NCBI RefSeq assembly: GCF_037042905.1
Contig: NC_087252.1
Location: forward strand, 10,666,001 to 10,730,000
Direction of reading: 5' to 3'
From: Lytechinus pictus
Lineage: Eukaryota
Length of the DNA stretch: 64,000 nucleotides
Shown here: piece after piece, positions 56,601 through 64,000 of the stretch
How the letters are laid out: each line of letters opens with the position of its first letter
Position numbering within the stretch: the stretch's first letter is position 1
The notes under the pieces: model-generated
Seen by the model: the letters and a program-made list of their open reading frames with translations, nothing else
Databases searched by the model: none
Told to the model about the DNA's origin: nothing
Translations under genes and position numbers: made by a program

Positions 56601-57035
56601 TTCAAGATGACAATTCTTAGCTGCACTGTGTAATGGGGTCAAACCATTATTATCCCCTCTATTTACTTCTGCTCCATGACTGATGAGGTGTTTCGTCACA
56701 TCAAGATGACCATTCTTAGCTGCATAGTGTAGTGCGGTGAAATCATCCTCACCCCCTTTATTCACTTCAGCTCCATGACTGAGAATAATGTTCACTGCCT
56801 TTAGAAGTCCCTGTGCGGCAGCAAGATGTAAGGGTGTTAGTCCCGTTGACGTAGCCTTTTTGACATCAGCTCCATGTTTTATGAGATATTCAATGATGTC
56901 TCCTTGTTCGTTCTTAACTGCAATGTGTAAACATGTGTTTCCATCTTGGTCTGTCTGGTGTATGTTAGCACCCTCTTTGATCGATTGCCTTACTTTGCTA
57001 ATCTTCCCTTTCGAAACTGCCCTTTGCAAATCCAT
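24808..57035 (-). CDS. Gene A: 22-exon ankyrin-repeat / ZU5-UPA-death x2 / multi-death-domain protein (~3060 aa)
   Basis: Manual exon chain (start-end): 51615-57035, 50082-50264, 48872-49029, 45052-45086, 43901-44233, 42549-42796, 40825-40953, 40553-40715, 40261-40294, 39607-39875, 35654-35684, 34706-34965, 34182-34289, 31481-31801, 30270-30518, 29347-29682, 28591-28808, 27903-28037, 27125-27281, 26287-26320, 25508-25800, 24808-24875. All junctions GT-AG, all phases compatible, total 9183 nt, open to TAG at 24808-24810. Confidence 0.85.
25508..25800 (-). CDS. Gene A exon 21: C-terminal death domain 5
   Basis: LADVI...LGRRLGFSDSTVEKY...FVEMLSEWRRR...VEKLHQALKDAGQSYVTETI; ACAG| and |GTGAGT, phase 2/1. 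Confidence 0.9.
26287..26320 (-). CDS. Gene A exon 20: 34-nt linker (DEPDYAANRRDS)
   Basis: TTTCTTTCAG| and |GTAAGT, phase 1/2. Confidence 0.82.
27125..27281 (-). CDS. Gene A exon 19: UPA-like region (IHIKSVLSGHQ...REFNIAIE)
   Basis: GAAG| and |GTATTG, 157 nt, phase 0/1; the frame differs from the ORF-track call. Confidence 0.78.
27369..27576. mobile_element. hAT-type MITE
   Basis: CAGTGGCGTAC / GTACGCTAGTG ends; TSD ATCATAAT / ATCCTAAT (1 mismatch). Confidence 0.7.
27903..28037 (-). CDS. Gene A exon 18: UPA-like region (DIIKTELASS...KQHRRK)
   Basis: TTTCAG| and |GTATGG, 135 nt, phase 0/0. Confidence 0.8.
28591..28808 (-). CDS. Gene A exon 17: end of ZU5-2 / UPA-like (GKFGRRMLTV...FCTRHIEVLAV...PYNTYDQ)
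   Basis: CTTCAG| and |GTATTT, phase 1/0. Confidence 0.82.
29347..29682 (-). CDS. Gene A exon 16: ZU5 domain 2
   Basis: GIIDHKKGRLTLDELGVTVSIPEGAIPKG...ITPVIE...LLKPASIVLPHC is a classic ZU5; donor |GTATGA, phase 1/1. Confidence 0.92.
30270..30518 (-). CDS. Gene A exon 15: divergent death-fold domain 4
   Basis: IAKLI...LIRHLGVQPSIVMEI...AALQLLIQWANKGGTRERLLVVAQAFRFNCAELL; GTCAG| and |GTAACG, phase 1/1. Confidence 0.78.
30627..31272. mobile_element. PIF/Harbinger-like MITE
   Basis: AGGCCCGGTCCCAC / GTGGGACCAGGCTT inverted ends, TCA/TTA flanks, internal CATCCGT/ACGGATG repeats. Confidence 0.6.
31481..31801 (-). CDS. Gene A exon 14: divergent death-fold domain 3
   Basis: ELCSVARQV...SLGKALRIDDISI...AKQILLMWHD; TTAAG| and |GTTATT, phase 1/1. 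Confidence 0.75.
32127..32549. repeat. 189-bp inverted repeat with 45-nt spacer, flanked by (TA)n
   Basis: 32127-32315 is the reverse complement of 32361-32549; the ORF track gives identical peptides on both strands. Confidence 0.92.
32346..32417 (+). tRNA. tRNA-like cloverleaf (Gly-TCC-derived repeat) with anticodon TCA
   Basis: Acceptor TCTCTG/CAGAGA (A1:C72 mismatch), D stem GTCT/AGGC, anticodon stem CCGGC/GCTGG with loop GTTCAAA, T stem CCGGG/CCCGG with loop TTCGATT, followed by T6. Probably a repeat-derived pseudo-tRNA. Confidence 0.55.
34182..34289 (-). CDS. Gene A exon 13: acidic linker (EEDTSADLK...IIDFSET)
   Basis: TTTCAG| and |GTAAGC, 108 nt, phase 1/1. Confidence 0.8.
34706..34965 (-). 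CDS. Gene A exon 12: death domain 2
   Basis: LSRKIKQEKYFETGIKLGLTSTELEHIKH...NILMLSKWKS...AIETLKCVW; donor |GTATGG, phase 2/1. Confidence 0.88.
34971..35190. mobile_element. MITE at the exon 12 acceptor
   Basis: TA|CACTCTAAAAATAAATCAGTCAAA ... TTTGACTGATTTGTGTTAAGAGTG|TA. Confidence 0.8.
35412..35573. mobile_element. PIF/Harbinger-like MITE
   Basis: TIR TACATCGGTCACATTTGCTCTACGGCGGCCG / CGGCCGCTGTAGAGCAAATGTGACCAATGTA, TAA on both sides. Confidence 0.8.
35654..35684 (-). CDS. Gene A exon 11: 31-nt linker (DRFALQASSSG)
   Basis: AACAG| and |GTAAGC, phase 1/2 bridges the two death-domain exons. Confidence 0.72.
35985..36545. repeat. CA-rich low-complexity repeat
   Basis: Degenerate CCCACAC / ACACAC / CCTCGT units; the source of several spurious ORFs. 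Confidence 0.7.
36785..39110 (+). mobile_element. Degenerate LINE (CR1/L2-like) ORF2 tail fragment split by a hAT insertion
   Basis: PILEYGLAAGHPTT...KLERFQSIATR|LALKQRCGEMLY resembles the post-RT motif PILEY..W.P....LERVQRRATR; continuous once 36883-39036 is removed. Confidence 0.6.
36883..39028. mobile_element. Non-autonomous hAT-type transposon
   Basis: TIR CAGTGGCGTAACAGG / CCTGTTACGCCACTG, perfect 8-bp TSD CACGAGAC. Confidence 0.9.
39607..39875 (-). CDS. Gene A exon 10: death domain 1
   Basis: IAEKMTVDHFYDLGVALGFPIPQLDAIEY...QAFYDILVKWRQ...AAVEKLISIM is a typical death-domain pattern; TTTCAG| and |GTATGG, phase 2/1. Confidence 0.88.
40261..40294 (-). CDS. Gene A exon 9: 34-nt linker (DEQELEPIAFGR)
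   Basis: Strong pyrimidine tract, TACAG| and |GTAAGA, phase 1/2. Confidence 0.8.
40553..40715 (-). CDS. Gene A exon 8: UPA-like region (VLLLKDVQSRMQHR...SFVIRCS)
   Basis: Inside ORF 40422..40766; GACAG| and |GTATGT, phase 0/1. Confidence 0.8.
40825..40953 (-). CDS. Gene A exon 7: UPA-like region (EIQEEEKKQSFHK...DDELDKK)
   Basis: 129 nt, CAG| and |GTAATT, phase 0/0. Confidence 0.8.
41410..42527. mobile_element. Non-autonomous TIR element (EnSpm/CMC-like) with AACTGG/CCAGTT/CCAATTGG subterminal repeats
   Basis: CCAGGACCAAAATCCA / TGGATTTTGGTCCTGG inverted ends; dense short repeats at both ends with an AT-rich centre. Confidence 0.75.
42549..42796 (-). CDS. Gene A exon 6: end of ZU5-1 / start of UPA-like domain (DLPKTTRK...LELYISHTANWWVLIP...HANIPGMDV)
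   Basis: Open in a frame not shown by the ORF track; CCCAG| acceptor, |GTACGT donor, phase 1/0. Confidence 0.82.
42892..43938. repeat. Recent ~510-540-bp tandem duplication including the 3' end and donor of exon 5
   Basis: 42892-43428 is nearly identical to 43429-43938; both contain CCCACAAATGTAATAA and ~60-bp CCAAAGTC..CAGACCCGGTTG subrepeats. Confidence 0.92.
43901..44233 (-). CDS. Gene A exon 5: ZU5 domain 1
   Basis: ISLEDHGVSMFIPPKAV...FLKPVKIRIPHAA matches the ZU5 pattern (GV.l.IP..A ... PV.i.iPH); donor |GTAAGC; phase 1/1. Confidence 0.88.
45052..45086 (-). CDS. Gene A exon 4: 35-nt linker (RLNSLEDIKSYR)
   Basis: Poly-T tract plus CAG acceptor, |GTAGGA donor; phase 2/1 bridges exons 3 and 5 exactly. 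Confidence 0.8.
45522..48809. mobile_element. Academ-like non-autonomous foldback transposon
   Basis: TAT|TAGACGGGTCAATATA ... TATATTGACCCGTCTA|TAT (TAG..CTA ends, 3-bp TSD); several hundred bp of TIR; ~180-bp internal subunits in opposite orientation on each arm. Confidence 0.8.
48872..49029 (-). CDS. Gene A exon 3: terminal ankyrin repeat (ISAEFYGG...KSGKQPIHYAKDEVVKQMILT)
   Basis: Inside ORF 48781..49035; TTGCAG| acceptor, |GTATTT donor, phase 0/2. Confidence 0.9.
50082..50264 (-). CDS. Gene A exon 2: ankyrin repeats (VTRSHFHHAIQGGH...DGQTCLHEAIK)
   Basis: Not in the ORF track; 183 nt, CCCAG| acceptor, |GTGAGT donor, phase 0/0, ankyrin motif. Confidence 0.88.
51615..57035 (-). CDS. Gene A exon 1: giant ankyrin-repeat exon (1807 codons, ~53 repeats)
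   Basis: ORF 51594..57035 with 33-aa G-x-TALH-x-AA-x-NGHLDV-x-KYLISQGAEVN repeats; donor TCCGAG|GTAAGA at 51615/51614, phase 0. Confidence 0.96.
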
Positions 57036-57239
57036 AATGTCAAAGATACCGACTTACTGCTGTTTAGCCTTGATCACATCATGTAGCTTCTAAATTAAAA
57101 TGTTTTATTCGGAATCTCGAACTTAATTTGATGGCATGGTTGAAGTGTTTTCCGCCCCTTCTTTATTCCTTGCGAGGTAAATGATACACGAAGTTTTGTG
57201 AAACTTATGACAGTCTACTCGCCGCCATTCAAGTGCAAT
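57036..57239 (-). promoter_or_regulatory. Conserved 5'UTR / proximal upstream block of gene A
   Basis: Homologous to 8329-8528; similarity ends abruptly after ...CCATTCAAGTGCAAT. Confidence 0.65.
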
Positions 57240-57514
57240 AAAAACCAGTTCGTAAATACCGACGGAGGCAGCCATGGCTATTGTGCATCACAGTCACCGG
57301 GTCAAAGTGACAAAAACTCGGCTTTCCGGATGTAGCTGTTTTTCACCGGCAGGAAGTTGGTTGGATATTCGATATTCAAACTGTGAAGTACGTTCGATAT
57401 TCAGGTTCGATATTCAAACGCGTGTAAATTTGGTTGATTTTCGGTATTAAAAAATTAGGGGTTTTGAAAGCTATAAATAGGGGGTTTAACACGTCTTTGG
57501 TTTAAAGGTGCAGC

Positions 57515-60500
57515 ACGTCTCGGGCAACCATAAATCCACTGGCTTGCCCTAGTACGAGGACATTTAAGGGACAACGTCAGTGAATATATGAGCATGACAT
57601 TTTGAATTATTTTTTTCGAGGGGCACCTAAGGATATCCCGACGGCCTAGCCAGGGTAACCACGTATCCTAACTTGTAGAACTCGACTCGGACAACCAGAT
57701 AAACACTAGCTTGACCCGGCGCATGTACATTTAGGGGGCTCAAATTAACAAAATTAAAGGGAATAAAGGGCTATTTAGAGCATTATTTTAATTTAAAAAA
57801 GTATTTTTTCAAGGGGCCCCCAGGGATATCCTGACGGCCTAGCCAGGGTAACCACGTTTCCCAACTTGTGATATTGACTAGGGCAACCAGATAAACACTA
57901 GCTTGACCCGGTGCATGCACATTTAGGGGCCTCAAAGTAACACAATTAAAGAGAATAAAGGGCTACTTAGAGCATTTTTTTAATAAAAAAAAATATTTTT
58001 TTCAAGGGGCCACCAGGGATATCCCGACGGCCTAGCCAGGATAACCACGTATCCTTACTTGTAAAACTCGACTCGGGCAACCAGATAAACACTAGCTTGA
58101 CCCGGCGCATGCACATTTAGGGGCTCAAATTAACAAAATTAAAGGAATAAAGGGCTATTTATCGCATTTTTTCTTATTTAAAAAAGTAATATTTTCAAGG
58201 GGCCCCCAGGGATATCCCGACGGCCTAGCCAGGGTAACCACGTATCCAAACTTGTAGAAATCGACTCGGGCAACTAGATAAACACTACTTTGATCCAGCG
58301 CATATAATTTTAGGGGGCTCAAATTAACAAAATTAAAGGAACAAAGGGCATTTTATCGTATTTTTTTTTCATTTTAAAAAAGTATTTTTTTCAAGGGGGC
58401 CCCCAGGGATATCCCGACGGCCTAGCCAGGGTAAGCACGTTTCCCAACTTGTGGAACTTTACTAGGCAACCAGATAACACTCGCTTGACCCGGCGCATGC
58501 ACATTTAGGGGGCTCAAATTAACAAAATTAATGGGAATAAAGGGCTATTTAGAGCATTATTTTAATTAAAAAAACTATCCCGACGGCCTAGCCAGGGTAA
58601 CCACGTATTTTAACTTGTAGAACTCAACTCGGGCAACCAGATAAACACTCGCTTGACCCGGAGCATGCACATTTAGGGGGCTCAAATTAACAAAATTAAA
58701 TGGAATAAAGGGCTATTTAGAGCATTATTTTAATTAAAAAAAGTATTTTTTAAAGGGGCCCCCAGGGATATCCCGACGGCCTAGCCAGGGTAACCACGTT
58801 TCCTAACTTGTAGAAATCGACTCGGGCAACCAGATATACACTAGCTTGACCCGGTGCATGCACATTTAGGGGGCTCAAATTAACAAAATTAAAGGGAATA
58901 AAGGGCTATTTAGAGCATTATTTTAATTTAAAAAGTATTTTTTTCAAGGGGCCCCCAGGGATATCCCGACGGCCTAGCCAGGGTAACCATGTATCCTTAT
59001 TTGTAGAACTCGACTCGGGCAACCAGATAAACACTAGCTAGACCCGGCGCATGCACATTTAGGGGGCTCAAATTAAAAAAATTAAAGGAATAAAGGGCTA
59101 TTTATCATATTTTTTTAATTTAAAAAAAAGTATTTTTTTCAAGGGGCCCCCAGGGATATCCTGACGGCATAGCCAAGGTAACCACGTATCCTAACTTAAA
59201 GAACTCGACTAGGGCAACAACATAAACACTAGTTTGATCCGGCGCATGCAAATTTAGGGGCTCAAATTAACAAAATTAAAGGGAATAAAGGGCTATTTAG
59301 AGCATTATTTTAATTTAAAAAGTATTTTTTTCAAGGGGCCCCAAGGGATATCCCGACGGCCTAGCCAGGGTAACCACGTGTCCTTACTTGTAGAACTCGA
59401 CTCGGGCAATCAATGCGATAAATAGCCCCTTATTCCTTTAATTTTGTTAGTTTGAGCCCCCTAAATGTGCATGCACCGGGTCAAAATAGTGTTTATCTGG
59501 TTGCCCGAGTTGAGTTCTACAAGTCAAAATACGTGGTTACCCCGGCTAGGCCGTCGGGATATCCCTGGGGCGCCTTGAACAAAATACTTTTTTTAATAAA
59601 AAAATGCGATAAATAGCCCCTTTTTCCTTTAATTTTGTTAGTTTGAGCCCTAAATGTGCATGCGCCGGGTCAAAATAGTGTTTATCTGGTTGCCCGAGTT
59701 GAGTTCTACAAGTTTGGATACATGGTTACCCTGGCTATGCCGTCGGGATATCCCCGGGGGCCCCTTGAAAAATCTTTTTTTTAATTTAAAAAATATGATA
59801 AATAGCCCTTTGTTCCTTCGATTTTGTTAACTTGAGCCCCCTAAATATGCATGCACCGGGTCAAGCTAGTGTTTATGTTGTTGCCATAGTCAAGTTCTAC
59901 AAGTTAGGATACCTGAGGGCCCCGGCTAGGCCGTCGGGATATCCTTTCGGGCCCCTTTGAAATATTTTTTTTTTTTTAATAAAAAAAAAACCAAAAAAAA
60001 GCCCTTTAGTCCTCTAATTTTGTCAATTTGAGCCCCTAAATTTGCATGCGCCGGATCAAACTAGTGTTTATCTGGTTGCCCGAGTCGAGTTCTTCAAGTT
60101 AGGATACGTGGTTACCTTGGCTATGCCGTCAGGATATCCCTGGGGGCCCCTTGAAAAAATAAAACCAAAAAAAAAAACAAAAAAAAAGCCCTTTAGTCCT
60201 CTAATTTTGTCAATTTGAGCCCCTAAATTTGCATGCGCCGGATCAAACTAGTGTTTATCTGGTTGCCCGAGTCGAGTTCTTCAAGTTAGGATACGTGGTT
60301 ACCTTGGCTATGCCGTCAGGATATCCCTGGGGGCCCCTTGAAAAAATACTTTTTTTGAAATTAAAAAAATATGATAAATAGCCCTTTGTTCCTTTAATTT
60401 TGTTAATTTGAGCCCCCTAAATATGCATGCACCGGGTCAAGCTAGTGTTTATGTTGTTGCCCTAGTCGAGTTCTACAAGTTAGGATACCTGATTGCCCCG

Positions 60501-61918
60501 GCTAGGCCGTCGGGATATCCCTGGGGGCCCTTTGAAAAAAAAATACTTTTTTTAATTAACAAAATGCGATAAATAGCCCTTAATTCCTTTAATTTTGTTA
60601 ATTTGAGCCCCCTAAATGTGCATGCACCGGGTCAAGCTAGTGTATATCTGGTTCCCCGAGTCAATTTCTACAAGTTTGGATACGTGGTTACCCTGGCTAG
60701 GCCGTCGGGATATCCCTGGGGGCGCCTTGAACAAAATACTTTTTTTAATTAAAAAATGCGATAAATAGCCCCTTATTCCTTTAATTTTGTTAGTTTGAGC
60801 CCCTAAATGTGCATGCGCCGGGTCAAACTAGTGTTTATCTGGTTGCCCGAGTCGAGTTCTACAAGTTAAAATACGTGGTTACCCTGGCTAGGCCGTCGGG
60901 ATATCCCTGGAGGCCCCTTGAAAAAAATACTTTTTTTTATGAAAAAAAATACGATAACAAGCCCTTTGTTCCTTTAATTTTGTTAATTTGAGCCCCCTAT
61001 AATCATATGGGCCGGATCAAAGTAGTGTTTATCTGGTTGCCCGAGTCGAGTTTTACAAGTTAGGATACTTGGTTACCCTGGCTAGGCCGTCGGGATATCC
61101 CTGGGGGCCCCTTGAAAAAATACTTTTTTTTAATTAAACAAATGCAATAAATAGCCCTTTGTTCCTTTAATTTCGTTAATTTAAGCCCCCTAAATGTGCA
61201 TGCACTGGGTCAAGTTAGTGTATATCTGGTTGCCCGAGTCGATTTCTACAAGTTTGGATACGTGGTTACCCTGGCTAGGCCGTCGGGATATCCCTGGGGG
61301 CCCCTTGAAAAAAATACTTTTATTTATTAAAAAATTGCGATAAATAGCCCTTTATTCCTTTAATTTTGTTAATTTGAGCCCCCTAAATGTGCATGCGCGG
61401 TTCAAGCTAGTGTTTATCTAGTTTCCTGAGTCACGTTCTACAAGTAAGGATACGTGGTTACCCCGCGCCGGCTGCGCGTTTCCGTTTTACACCCTGGCGA
61501 AGGCATTTTCCGCAAAAATAGCCACAAAGCGACTAGTGAAGAGTCTACACACGTCGCTGGTTGCAGCGTGCGACACAGGCGAGCCCCACACCACCGCATG
61601 CAATCTGCACAGTTACTGATCAGAGCATAGAGTTCCTCGGCACTTCATGTACAGAGAGCAGTTATATGAGTGAAATCCGAACATGCTTTTGCAGTTGCGT
61701 TTTTTATAATGAAAAGTTATGAAAAAGTTTTTTTTTTCTAAATATAAATTATTAACTAAATGAATAGAATGACAGACAAAATAAAAATAAACAGATACAT
61801 ATAATAGAAAGAAAATTGAAGTTTGATGGATTGATACACTTAGATGCCGAAAGATAGATATAGAAGACTGATAAATAGATAGAGACATAGATAGATAGAC
61901 AGATAGATAAATATAAGT

Positions 61919-61951
<33 letters not shown>

Positions 61952-62031
61952 TGGATAGATAGATAGATGGGGGGGGGGGGAGAAAACTTGAGAGATGGAG
62001 AGATGTTATAGATAGATAGATAGATAGATAT

Positions 62032-62078
<47 letters not shown>

Positions 62079-62131
62079 TATGGACGGATAAAAATAAATA
62101 GAGAGAAAAAAAGACAGACAGATGGATAAAT

Positions 62132-62164
<33 letters not shown>

Positions 62165-62464
62165 TAGAGAATCTGAGAGATAGATAGATGTTAGATAGAT
62201 AGATAAAGAATGAGAGAGACAGAGAAGATAGACAAATTAACAGATAAATAGAAACTGTAGTTACATAGATAGCTAGCTTAATAGATAGATAGAAGATAGA
62301 TAGAGAGAAATAGAGAAAGACAGACAGATGGATAGATAGATAGAGGGGGAGAGAGAGATAGAGAATTTGAGAGATAGGTAGATGTTAGATGGATAGATAG
62401 ATAAAGAATGAAAGAGACAGAGAAGAGCGACAAATTAACAGATCGATAGATATTGCAGTTACAT

Positions 62465-62529
<65 letters not shown>

Positions 62530-64000
62530 AGATAGATAGATAGATTGATAGAGAGAGAGAGAGAACTAGAGAAAGACAGATGGATAGATAGAGAGAGAGA
62601 GACAGAGGAGATTAATATATAGATACTGTAGTTACATAAATAGATAGATAGATATATAATTTGAGAGATAGATACATAGACGGATAGAGAGAAAAAGACA
62701 GACAGATGGATAGATAGATAGAGAGAGAGAAAAAGACAGACAGATGGATAGATAGAGAGAATTTTAGATATATATAAAAACTATCAAAATACAATCACAA
62801 GCAGTCAAAGACTGAAATAAGTGAATGTTAACATACAAATAGAATCATAACAAAATATAAAGTAAACATTATAAATAAATATCAAATACAATACAAATTC
62901 ATACAGATAAAAAATAAATGTATCATAAATAAATACAAAAGGCCAAAAGTAAAGTGTCACCAAAGAAGAAAAAAGCGGAATGAAAGATTAAGAAGAAAGA
63001 GGTGAGAGAAGGGAAAGAAATTGGGATAAGACAAAGAGAAGGGAAAGCAAAAGGTGGAATTTGAAAGAGAATAGGAGGCAACCTTCAGAAGAAAAAAAAC
63101 TCATTATGCAATACAAGACATTTAACAATGGTAACAAGTAAATAAAGTAGTAATTGAATCGAATCGAGCACAAAAAAGGGAAAAGTAGAGCTGAGGAAAT
63201 AGACTCCCGAAGGAAGTCGAATCAATGTTGATATTGCACATGAGTAGATTAACAGATGGATAGAGAGAAATAAAAGAGAGACAGATGGATAGATAGAGAA
63301 TTTGAGAGATAGATGTTAGATGGATAGATAGATAGACAGATAGATAGGTAGATAGAGAATGAGAGAGACAGAGTAGATAGACAAATTAACAGATAGATAT
63401 ATCATGTAGTACCATATATTGATTTATAACATAGATATTGGATAGACAGATATGATAGATATAAGGATAGATATAATATGAAAAAAAGTAATTATGTGTT
63501 TTATTTTTCAATATTTTAGCTATTATTCGTTTTCATTCATATAAACGATCATGTGCGATAAAGTAAAAAAAATCATGAAGCCAACGTACAGCGGAACAAC
63601 CAAAATACAGAGACTGAAGCTTTTGGTCTATAAGCTCAGCTGCATTTGCACGTATGTTCTGCGGATATCTTCGGTGCGGACTTTTGGATCGCGCCCAGCT
63701 GATTATGTAAACAAACGTAGACGTAGACTCTTCACTAGTCGCTTTGTGGCTATTTTTCCGGAAAATGCCTTCGCCAGGGTGTAAAACGGAAACGCGCACC
63801 CCGGCTAGGCCGTCAGGATGTCCCTGGGGGCCCTTTGAAAAAATAATTTTTTAAATAAAAAAATGCGATAAATAGCCCCTTATTCCTTTAATTTTGTTAG
63901 TTTGAGCCATAAATGTGCATGCGCCGGGTCAAAATAGTGTTTATCTGGTTGCCCGAGTTGAGTTCTACAAGTCAAAATACGTGGTTACCCCGGCTAGGCC
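57515..64000. repeat. ~193-bp satellite array with an orientation switch at ~59410, interrupted at 61473-63798
   Basis: Unit ...GGGGCCCCCAGGGATATCCCGACGGCCTAGCCAGGGTAACCACG...; about 10 forward units, then more than 11 reverse units running off the window. Confidence 0.95.
61473..63798. mobile_element. Non-autonomous TIR transposon (possibly MULE-type) filled with (GATA)n/(GA)n
   Basis: 76-bp TIR with 1 mismatch (61473-61548 versus 63723-63798); the satellite unit resumes with partial target duplication (ACCCCGGCT on the right, interrupted copy on the left). Confidence 0.88.

Noticed and set aside
24808..57035. Calling gene A canonical ankyrin (ANK1/2/3, unc-44) or a latrotoxin/endosymbiont ankyrin gene
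   Set aside because: Repeat number, the single-exon array, separated ZU5 modules and five death folds do not match ankyrin; spliceosomal introns and ZU5/DD domains argue against a bacterial or toxin origin. No gene symbol assigned.
57515..61465. CRISPR-like array
   Set aside because: Whole ~193-bp units are repeated with no unique spacers, there are no cas genes, and the context is eukaryotic.

Overview
AT-rich, intron- and transposon-rich invertebrate (metazoan) genomic DNA; the repeat and gene style suggests an echinoderm such as a sea urchin, which is inference only. It holds two tandem minus-strand paralogues of one gene family. Gene A (57035->24808) can be assembled by hand into 22 coding exons with canonical GT-AG junctions whose phases all match (9183 nt, about 3060 aa). 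Its architecture is one giant exon of about 53 ankyrin repeats, then ZU5-UPA-DD, three more death-fold domains, and a second ZU5-UPA-DD. Gene B (8328->1225, continuing off the left edge) shows only its giant ankyrin exon, which is exactly 17 repeats longer, is built from recently shuffled near-identical repeats, and carries one in-frame TAA. The most interesting reading is a rapidly diversifying ankyrin-sensor / multi-death-domain receptor family, a PIDD/UNC5-like output coupled to a DARPin-like variable input. Other observations: a duplicated alternative last exon, a tRNA-like cloverleaf with a UCA anticodon inside a 189-bp palindrome, a degenerate minimal hammerhead, a head-to-head ~193-bp satellite that replaces gene A's upstream region, and many non-autonomous DNA transposons with readable TIRs/TSDs. 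All domain names come from motif recognition by eye; no searches were run.
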